Shown piece after piece: positions 57,204 to 64,000 of a DNA stretch of 64,000 bases; the stretch's first letter is position 1; every line of letters starts with the position of its first letter. The translations under genes and the position numbers were made by a program. The stretch covers positions 1-64,000 of the IMG/VR virus record IMGVR_UViG_3300027985_001833. One strand, given 5' to 3'. Source of the DNA: a virus. The notes below the pieces were generated by a model. The model saw nothing but the letters and a program-made list of their open reading frames with translations, was not told where the DNA came from and made no database searches.

Positions 57204-57577
57204 TATGAAGGGTGAATCACATTGAAACCTGAAACATAAATATCAACGGTACTTGTTGCAACCGCAGTAACTGAAACAAACATAATTCTACCACGAGGTT
57301 CAACCGTGAATTCATAGGCAATGCCTGCCCCAACACCCGTTTTGGTTATAGCAGTATGTTCTTGTATGAATTTGCCAGCAGCATCGGACCACCAAAGGAC
57401 AGCAACGTTAGCATTAACACCTGCTTGTGGAATCACCTGAATATGAGCGTACTCGTAATTAGACATATTCATGCCTACTTGTTTATTATTTATCGTTCCA
57501 GAATCCGGTACGCCGATGGCCAACCTGTGCGCAACGTAATCGGGTGCTTTTTGAGGCGATGATGTTGCGTATGTCAT
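57203..57577 (-). CDS. Small beta-rich protein, probably structural
   Basis: Coupled to terL. Confidence 0.5.
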   Translation of the reverse strand: MTYATSSPQKAPDYVAHRLAIGVPDSGTINNKQVGMNMSNYEYAHIQVIPQAGVNANVAVLWWSDAAGKFIQEHTAITKTGVGAGIAYEFTVEPRGRIMFVSVTAVATSTVDIYVSGFNVIHPS

Positions 57578-57607
57578 TTTTGCCCTTTCATCAATTAATT
57601 GACTATT

Positions 57608-57907
57608 TTACTCCTGGGCAAACCAGTGAAATTTTTCACCTGAAACATTTAAATCCGTATCTGCTCCTAATTTAAAGCCATCAGACAATGGCGTGATACC
57701 ACCACTAGTGATGAATGCAGTTGTGCCTGCTGCAATTGTTTTCATACCGCTAGCGTCGGCCATCGAAGCAGTCCAAAATGCCATACAGTCACCTGTTTCA
57801 TTAAAAATTTCAACTTTTTTTGGTCGAAATCCAACAGTTCTGATAGAAATTTCCGCTCCAGTTCCAAAATGTGCGCCTTCTCTTGTCCTATTCACACCTG
57901 CTCCCAT
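57608..57907 (-). CDS. Small structural-type protein (GFRPK.V...GF..G...N pattern)
   Basis: Strong GGAGGTG SD; first gene after the promoter at 58014-58042. Confidence 0.55.
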   Translation of the reverse strand: MGAGVNRTREGAHFGTGAEISIRTVGFRPKKVEIFNETGDCMAFWTASMADASGMKTIAAGTTAFITSGGITPLSDGFKLGADTDLNVSGEKFHWFAQE

Positions 57908-58013
57908 TGTTCACCTCCATGTTGTGAATGAATCCTTGACGGCTAATATATCTGGGCAAAATGTTAGCCTGTGACATAACGTCACTAGGATTCTGTATCC
58001 TAAATACGTATAA

Positions 58014-58042
58014 ATCATAATCTCTATGCACTAAACAGTCTA
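58014..58042 (-). promoter_or_regulatory. Candidate promoter for the terminase/structural operon
   Basis: TAGACT-17-TATGAT preceded by an A-tract. Confidence 0.5.
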
Positions 58043-58070
58043 GTTTTTTCGATTGCAAAACCATGAGTCA

Positions 58071-58721
58071 TTAATTGTGTTCAATTTTTCTTACTTTTGT
58101 TCTTTTGTTCTTCTTTTTTTTGATGATTTTGGATTTGTACGTAATTGATTTGTTTTCATTTTTGTCTTTGTTTTCTTTATTCAAATCAAGCGCCGGTCCA
58201 TCATACAGATGATCATTCGGGGATGGCAATGCTGTTATATCAACCACCTCTGTTCCTGAAACTAAACTATTCAATTCTTTTATTTTTTGTTGCATCAATT
58301 CATTTAATTTACTATCTGTCAAATCAGCAATGAGCACACCGAATAATGATTCGGTTTTGGCTGGTGCTTTTTGAATCAAACCTGTGTCTTGCCCCTTGGT
58401 AAAAATCCTATCTATGATTTCCGATCTTGTTCTGATAGCACCAACAGCGGCGTTTGATGATTTTGGATCATCTTTATATATTTTAATCATTTTTGTCAAA
58501 TCATTGATATTTACCATCTGACTAATCATGTATTCCACATATACATGTTCAATTGGCATGCGTCTCAATTCATCGGCTTTAAAATCCAGCATCTCGGATT
58601 TCAATTTATGAATTTCTTCCAAATCCAACCCAAGCTCCGATGCCGCCTCTTCATCGCTATAACCAGCGGTTAATGCATTGAACAATATAGATATGGCATG
58701 AATCAATTCTTTTTTTTTCAT
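58071..58721 (-). CDS. Putative terminase small subunit
   Basis: N-terminal HTH (GYSDEEAASELGL), helical core, basic tail, upstream of terL. Confidence 0.6.
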   Translation of the reverse strand: MKKKELIHAISILFNALTAGYSDEEAASELGLDLEEIHKLKSEMLDFKADELRRMPIEHVYVEYMISQMVNINDLTKMIKIYKDDPKSSNAAVGAIRTRSEIIDRIFTKGQDTGLIQKAPAKTESLFGVLIADLTDSKLNELMQQKIKELNSLVSGTEVVDITALPSPNDHLYDGPALDLNKENKDKNENKSITYKSKIIKKKKNKRTKVRKIEHN

Positions 58722-58723
58722 TT

Positions 58724-59206
58724 TTACTTTTCTTTGCTTTTAAATAAATTGATTGTTTTATTCCTAAAACCACGATTTTTCATTCGTTTTTTTGCTCTAA
58801 AAATCGCTAACATTTTTCGTTCTGACATCCTGTTTAACCAATTAGCACATTCCACAGTTTCTAGCCAATCAATTTTTCCAGCAATATCATTAAACCAGTT
58901 TACATAATATTTAGATTTCGTTTTTTTCACAAAATCTTTATACAACATTTTGTGAAATTTTTTATGCTCTTTATTGCCCCATTGAACCATAAATTGTAAA
59001 TTAGCAATGACTTGGTCCAACGTATATCGCTCTATGCAATACGGTTTCAAACAATCAACAAACAAGGTTTCAATGTTATTGCCACATATAAATTTCCAAA
59101 TCCTGCTATTTACACAATAAACAATAACATAATCAGACGGATCTTCGGTGAATATTTTTTTGCCGTTTATCAGTATTTCTCTTTGTTTCATGGCCAATCG
59201 CATCAA
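58724..59206 (-). CDS. Hypothetical protein
   Basis: ORF only. Confidence 0.45.
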   Translation of the reverse strand: MMRLAMKQREILINGKKIFTEDPSDYVIVYCVNSRIWKFICGNNIETLFVDCLKPYCIERYTLDQVIANLQFMVQWGNKEHKKFHKMLYKDFVKKTKSKYYVNWFNDIAGKIDWLETVECANWLNRMSERKMLAIFRAKKRMKNRGFRNKTINLFKSKEK

Positions 59207-59706
59207 AAACGTATTGACTTTTCGTCGATGTTTCCTGCATAGATGTCTTCGCCTCTGATTTTAGCCTGAAAACCTCTAGCAAAATAAATTCCAAATCCAC
59301 CCAACATCCAAATTGGTGCAATAAAATAAACGAAATTCCAAAATGTTGATGTGATCAACGACAACATCGTTATCATTAATGCTATTATCGTTGAAAATAA
59401 TTGATTCCCTTCCCATTGTTCACAATGGATATGCTCATGACGTTCGATATTGGTGTCCAGACCATTTGCTTTGGTAGCGTATTGTTTATAAAGAGCAACA
59501 TGGCCAAGATTTATGCCATCAAACTCATATTTTCCAAATTTAAACAAATAATTTTTGTTTTTACGTTCGCATTGAAGTACCAATCCTTCGATATGAAGAT
59601 TTTTTCCAAAAAATGGTCTAAATACTAATACAACAAACAACCAAAGGACAATATCAATTTGCCACGTCCATAATAAAGTCAAATAATAATAATATGGAAA
59701 TTTCAC
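59203..59706 (-). CDS. Membrane protein with HExxH zincin-like motif
   Basis: G.NLG...ERHEHIHCEQW; hydrophobic helices. Confidence 0.55.
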   Translation of the reverse strand: MKFPYYYYLTLLWTWQIDIVLWLFVVLVFRPFFGKNLHIEGLVLQCERKNKNYLFKFGKYEFDGINLGHVALYKQYATKANGLDTNIERHEHIHCEQWEGNQLFSTIIALMITMLSLITSTFWNFVYFIAPIWMLGGFGIYFARGFQAKIRGEDIYAGNIDEKSIRF

Positions 59707-59918
59707 ATCTTGCTCCTTTCACAATATCTAATATTTTTTTCACCTTCTAACCCCGCCCCACGCTGTGACACCTTTAAATCCACATAATCATATAAATCAG
59801 AAATATGCTGGGAAAAAAGTAATAAAAGTTTTTCTTCACGTTCATTCAAAACCATATTGCCTTTCGATAAAAGACCTTGCTTGATTTCGCTTTTTATTTG
59901 CTCTGCCTCTTTTTTCAT
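59703..59918 (-). CDS. Hypothetical protein
   Basis: ORF with SD. Confidence 0.45.
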   Translation of the reverse strand: MKKEAEQIKSEIKQGLLSKGNMVLNEREEKLLLLFSQHISDLYDYVDLKVSQRGAGLEGEKNIRYCERSKM

Positions 59919-59941
59919 CTAATTCCCCTTACAATTCTTTG

Positions 59942-60025
59942 CGCCGATGGCAGGAACCGCCCCTGCTCATTATCCCAGCTGCACCGTTGCTCGGCTGCCC
60001 TTGGCATTTTATGGCTGGCATCGGC
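59942..60025 (-). ncRNA. GC-rich structured RNA with tRNA-like acceptor stem and T-arm
   Basis: GCCGATG/CATCGGC 7-bp stem, adjacent GCAGG-N7-CCTGC hairpin, internal CCAGC/GCTGG, TGCC/GGCA and GCCG/CGGT stems; intergenic. Confidence 0.5.
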
Positions 60026-60049
60026 TGATTTGTGTCAAATCGAATTCCT

Positions 60050-60400
60050 TTATTGTAGAAAATCTAACCAATCATAAAAATCCTTTAAATCATAAAATAT
60101 TGCTATGTTATGTTTTTTTGCATATTCTATTTCGCCCAAAGTACCTGCCGACATTTCCCAACCTTTCACGACCACCATAGCATCACAGCGACTTAGCATA
60201 TTTAGGGTCGCTTCGATCCAAAAACCCTCACTCAAAGTGCCTGACATATATCTGCTAATTGTATGGGGACATATCGCCACCGCTCCATGCGAATACACTT
60301 GAAAACTAATTTCTTCTGCTGCCCTGATATTTTTTTCGACCATCCAAGCGTTGCCAGCCCTATATGGTCCGGCAATATATATCATTTTCATTTTTTTCAT
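60050..60400 (-). CDS. DUF4406/nucleoside deoxyribosyltransferase-like protein
   Basis: IYIAGPY, CPH, LSRCDA...GWE.S.G...EI.YA. Confidence 0.75.
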   Translation of the reverse strand: MKKMKMIYIAGPYRAGNAWMVEKNIRAAEEISFQVYSHGAVAICPHTISRYMSGTLSEGFWIEATLNMLSRCDAMVVVKGWEMSAGTLGEIEYAKKHNIAIFYDLKDFYDWLDFLQ

Positions 60401-60618
60401 TTTGTATCTTTTTTCCTTACCATAAATGTATCAGTCATTTTGTTTCTTTTTTCTTTAACGTAGACAAATGAATCAAAAAAATCAGATACGAAACAAAATT
60501 GCTCGTGCCCTCTTGCTCTGCTAATCCTCCCCATCGAAATAACCTTAAGTACTCTTTTGATGACATCATACAACCGCATGCCGTCATCGTAATGTATTAT
60601 TATCTTCTTTTTAGCCAT
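60397..60618 (-). CDS. Hypothetical protein
   Basis: Coupled ORF. Confidence 0.45.
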   Translation of the reverse strand: MAKKKIIIHYDDGMRLYDVIKRVLKVISMGRISRARGHEQFCFVSDFFDSFVYVKEKRNKMTDTFMVRKKDTK

Positions 60619-60675
60619 GAAATCAATCCTCTGTGTTCACCTACCCATCTTTTCGGCTTGTTCACGCATCATTGC

Positions 60676-61536
60676 CTATGAATAAAATTCTACAAATTCT
60701 GTTTTTATTTGATTTACTAATTCACCAATGGCGATTTCAATAATCCAACCGCCAACATGCGCTGCTAAACCTTTGCGCTTCATGAACGGGGTTTGCTCCT
60801 GAAAACAACCTGCCTGTAACGCTTTGACATTACGATACCTTGGCATGTATTCGGCTTTGTGAAAATGCCCGATGCCAAGTATGTGTGGTTTCTGGCCGCC
60901 CTCCCAAGACTCAATAATTTTTTGAGATTTATACGAAAGTGCGTACGCAGTGCCACCATCAGGATGAACAAGTGCAATGCGCACATCTGTTGTCGGTAAA
61001 TTGACCGCTATTTGACCAAAATCAGCACCGACGAAAAAAAAATTTTTACAACATGCTTCAATCTGCGGACCAACGGCTAATCCTATTTCTCTGGTAAAAC
61101 TGGCATCGTGATTGCCTGTGATGAAATACGTCTTTGCTTTGGACGGAAGTTTTTTGATCAAAGTTGATAATACGTCCATTTGTCTATCAAAACCAACTTC
61201 ACGCAATTCAAACGTTTGCCCTCTATATATGCCATGGCCATCTAAAATATCGCCAGCACAATAAAAATCCCTTATGCCTTGTCTAAAGGCGTATTCGTAA
61301 AACGATACCAATGCGCTCTCGTTGCGATATAGCGAACCAATGTGCCAATCGCTAGTTAATGCTAATTTATATGATTTTCCTTTAGCAGCTATTTGGTATT
61401 TTTTTCCAGGTTCTGTTAATGCAAAGACTTTTTGCTGCTCTATTCGTAGCTGTTCTTGAAGTGCTCTATATTCCCCTTCGGTTATCGGTTTCTTGAATTC
61501 TGTCAGTTTGCGTTTTCTTGTTTTTCTCTCCGCCAT
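60676..61536 (-). CDS. Calcineurin-like metallophosphoesterase
   Basis: SDWHIG, AGDILDG, GNHD, HP, GHFH. Confidence 0.9.
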   Translation of the reverse strand: MAERKTRKRKLTEFKKPITEGEYRALQEQLRIEQQKVFALTEPGKKYQIAAKGKSYKLALTSDWHIGSLYRNESALVSFYEYAFRQGIRDFYCAGDILDGHGIYRGQTFELREVGFDRQMDVLSTLIKKLPSKAKTYFITGNHDASFTREIGLAVGPQIEACCKNFFFVGADFGQIAVNLPTTDVRIALVHPDGGTAYALSYKSQKIIESWEGGQKPHILGIGHFHKAEYMPRYRNVKALQAGCFQEQTPFMKRKGLAAHVGGWIIEIAIGELVNQIKTEFVEFYS

Positions 61537-61809
61537 TTAACACATCTCTTTTAATTTTTTTGCAACAGATTTAGAACCTGTCCATATGAACCGCCGACCG
61601 CATGCCACACGATAGTCTTCAAATCTACGCGCATATCGTGAAATTGCATAAATACTCAAATCGTAATTCTCCACAAACTCTCTTTGCCACATCCAGCAAT
61701 CACCAAGATCTTCTAACGCGTCCTCAATTTTTTTCATCGCAGGTTTGCTAAAAGTTGGCAATTCATCAACCGTCTTTTTCATAATTTTTGGTTTTCTTGC
61801 TCTTGGCAT
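61537..61809 (-). CDS. Hypothetical protein (likely start MPRARK at 61809)
   Basis: GGAGG SD before the ATG at 61809. Confidence 0.55.
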   Translation of the reverse strand: MPRARKPKIMKKTVDELPTFSKPAMKKIEDALEDLGDCWMWQREFVENYDLSIYAISRYARRFEDYRVACGRRFIWTGSKSVAKKLKEMC

Positions 61810-62085
61810 GCGTAATCCTCCATTCTTCAATACGCATCATGACTAAATTTTCAAATAACAATCATTATCTGTTTGATACAGATAATGAAAAAATCGATGT
61901 TAGAATATTTATGCTTCATAAGCCATATACTATTATATTATACGGCCACATAAATTATTAACAAACGATTGCGCATTGCCAATAAACGAAAAAATATTCA
62001 ATATATTCTTTTCACCAATATATAATGATCACTTAGATATCAACGCATATTTATTTGCTAAAATAAATAATTATTTTTTTGATAT

Positions 62086-62469
62086 TTAAACATCAAATCC
62101 GTTTTGTTTTTTTTCTTCGCATGTGCAATTATCACACCCCGTACATTTCTTTGATTCTGATAATTCCTCATTGCAATTGCATATTCTATTTTTCAACACA
62201 ATTGTTTTAAGGAATTTCCATTTCCCATCGCAAATTACATCCATCGCGGCAGTCATTATTTTTGATTGCTCAACGCCGGTCTCAACCTCCAACAATACAT
62301 TATCACTTATTAATTTATAAATTCTACCTGCATTCGTCGCAATTAATGCTTTCAATTCATTCTTTCTATTGGGCATCGCATCCAATTCACTTTGATAAGT
62401 TTTGTTATCATTCAATAAACGAAAACATTCGACCGCGTTTTTCATTATTTGAGTAAATTTATCACTCAT
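62086..62469 (-). CDS. Hypothetical protein with Cys-rich tail
   Basis: AAGGAG SD. Confidence 0.5.
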   Translation of the reverse strand: MSDKFTQIMKNAVECFRLLNDNKTYQSELDAMPNRKNELKALIATNAGRIYKLISDNVLLEVETGVEQSKIMTAAMDVICDGKWKFLKTIVLKNRICNCNEELSESKKCTGCDNCTCEEKKQNGFDV

Positions 62470-62503
62470 TTTACACTCCTTGTTAAATTCTTAATGCTGA
62501 AGT

Positions 62504-62713
62504 TCAATGTTTCTCTATCAAAATTTTTTTGGTTGGACGAAGATCAGTAATTTCAAAATCATATTCACTATCAACCACGGAACCAGATAACACTATCAAC
62601 GCTTGATCATCTTTATTTGTCCAACATTTTAGCAACATTGTTTCATGCTCTAACAAAATATCGCCTTCCATCGGGATAGTGATAACATCATTTTCATTTT
62701 TGATAATTGTCAT
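62504..62713 (-). CDS. Hypothetical protein
   Basis: ORF with GGAG SD. Confidence 0.45.
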   Translation of the reverse strand: MTIIKNENDVITIPMEGDILLEHETMLLKCWTNKDDQALIVLSGSVVDSEYDFEITDLRPTKKILIEKH

Positions 62714-62975
62714 TATATATCTCCACTGCTTTTATTTTAGCATTCATCAGATTGGAAGCTTGAAATTCATAATTTGTTTTTTCAACGTCATATACAATTA
62801 ACATGAAATTCACTCCATATACACCATGCCTTTTTAAAATAGCCTTTGGTTTTTTTTTCAATATCCAAATTGGTGAATTGCCCCAACCTTTATTAATTCT
62901 CTTCCATGCACCACACTTCTTCATAATTATCTTTCCATTATCAACACAACTATATTTTTTATTAACACCTAACAA
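62694..62975 (-). CDS. Hypothetical protein
   Basis: ORF only. Confidence 0.4.
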   Translation of the reverse strand: MLGVNKKYSCVDNGKIIMKKCGAWKRINKGWGNSPIWILKKKPKAILKRHGVYGVNFMLIVYDVEKTNYEFQASNLMNAKIKAVEIYNDNYQK

Positions 62976-62993
62976 AGGAATTTATGAATTCAA

Positions 62994-63299
62994 CTATACC
63001 GGAACGAATCTTTCTTGGTGACTTTTTTTCAATACAAGCATAGTCAACTTAATTGCCACAGGATTGTCTGCATTTTTTCTATATACCTCTAATACAGTTT
63101 TACCACCAAAGACGATTTCTTCCAACATTAACATTGCCTCGTTAAGATTTTTTTGTTTAACGTAAAGTTTACAAATAGCAACTCCTTCATCGCCAGATTG
63201 ACTATCAAACGATTCTTCAAAATTTCTCAATGCAGATATTATTTTTTGAATTTTCAAAAACGTACCAATTCTTTTCATTCTCAATTGAGTTCTTGTCAT
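62994..63299 (-). CDS. Hypothetical early protein
   Basis: AAGGAG SD, directly after a promoter. Confidence 0.55.
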   Translation of the reverse strand: MTRTQLRMKRIGTFLKIQKIISALRNFEESFDSQSGDEGVAICKLYVKQKNLNEAMLMLEEIVFGGKTVLEVYRKNADNPVAIKLTMLVLKKSHQERFVPV

Positions 63300-63344
63300 T
63301 TCATTCTCCTTGGTTGATTATCTATTTGTTATCCACCTTTTAAC

Positions 63345-63373
63345 AATATAACCTCCAATTGAATGAAAGTAAA
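63345..63373 (-). promoter_or_regulatory. Sigma70-type (early) promoter
   Basis: TTTACT-17-TATATT with upstream A/T tracts. Confidence 0.6.
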
Positions 63374-63432
63374 GAGATAATTACAAAAAAAGTTGTAAGT
63401 TTTTTTTAAAAACCTCCATCAAAAATAAAATA

Positions 63433-63693
63433 TTATGATTCACCACAATCACAATCAGAGCAACAACGTCTATCACATCTTGATGATTTTGGTTTTAAAA
63501 AAACCGAAATCTCGGGCTCTTTAAAATGTTTGAAAGAGCCCGTAACACAACGAGTATTCACATCTTGTATACTTATATTCCTAACGCCTGATGTACACTT
63601 ACCAAACAAATATTTGTAATAAATACAATTTCCGCACACACACTCTCTCTCTTGCCCTTTTTCATTTTCATTTTCATTCTTCATTTGATTCAA
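63433..63693 (-). CDS. Small Cys-rich hypothetical protein
   Basis: CGNCIYY...C...C. Confidence 0.45.
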   Translation of the reverse strand: MNQMKNENENEKGQERECVCGNCIYYKYLFGKCTSGVRNISIQDVNTRCVTGSFKHFKEPEISVFLKPKSSRCDRRCCSDCDCGES

Positions 63694-63838
63694 ACTCCTT
63701 AAAAATTACAGTTTTGTTTTTTTTAATAAGCTCTTTAAACACTAATTCCAACGCCGGAGCAGTACTTTTACTATCAAATAAAAATGAATTTAAATCATTT
63801 AATTCTTTTTTTTGACCAATTGTCAACTTTATTTTCAT
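63674..63838 (-). CDS. Hypothetical protein, 54 aa (not in ORF track)
   Basis: MKIKLTIGQKKELNDLNSFLFDSK... Confidence 0.35.
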   Translation of the reverse strand: MKIKLTIGQKKELNDLNSFLFDSKSTAPALELVFKELIKKNKTVIFKEFESNEE

Positions 63839-64000
63839 TAATTTTCCTACGAGAATTTAAATCTTCAATTGATAATTCGCCTAATCCGCCCTTTTAACCA
63901 TCGCTTAATAGATGCATTTTCACGTTTTCTACGAATTTTATAATCTTCAAAATTTTCATCCAACTGACGTTTTGGTGGACCAATTTCAAGTTCCATACTT

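Noticed and set aside
145-63815. All plus-strand ORFs in the track
   Set aside because: They lie antisense to well-supported minus-strand genes, lack SD sites or motifs and read as shadow ORFs
1-64000. Alternative genetic code
   Set aside because: Long conserved genes are intact in the standard code, and TAA, TAG and TGA all terminate genes

Overview
A 64-kb segment of a tailed dsDNA phage with a contractile tail (myovirus-like). Essentially all real genes are on the minus strand in the standard code; the plus-strand ORFs are antisense shadows. From right to left it carries small accessory genes, terminase/portal/head genes (PBSX/XkdF-type head), an unusually long head/neck accessory block, sheath/tube/frameshifted chaperone/tape measure/baseplate, a repeat-rich tail fibre, a glycosyltransferase, holin/spanin-like membrane genes, a replication block (SF2 helicase, putative origin, DnaC-like loader, DnaB, HNH, primase) and a sigma-factor-like gene. 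Next comes a separately promoted operon: FAD oxidoreductase, NTP-pyrophosphatase/HAD fusion, class III PLP aminotransferase, divergent ThyX, dNMP kinase and DnaE with a Thr1 HNH intein. HU, UvsY-like and gp32-like SSB genes close the left end. The most novel-looking element is that operon (about 2220-12008). It reads like a pre-replicative pathway for a non-canonical, probably amine-bearing pyrimidine nucleotide built on a ThyX fold, and its promoter overlaps a perfect 19-bp inverted repeat. All functional calls come from motifs read by eye; no database searches were run.
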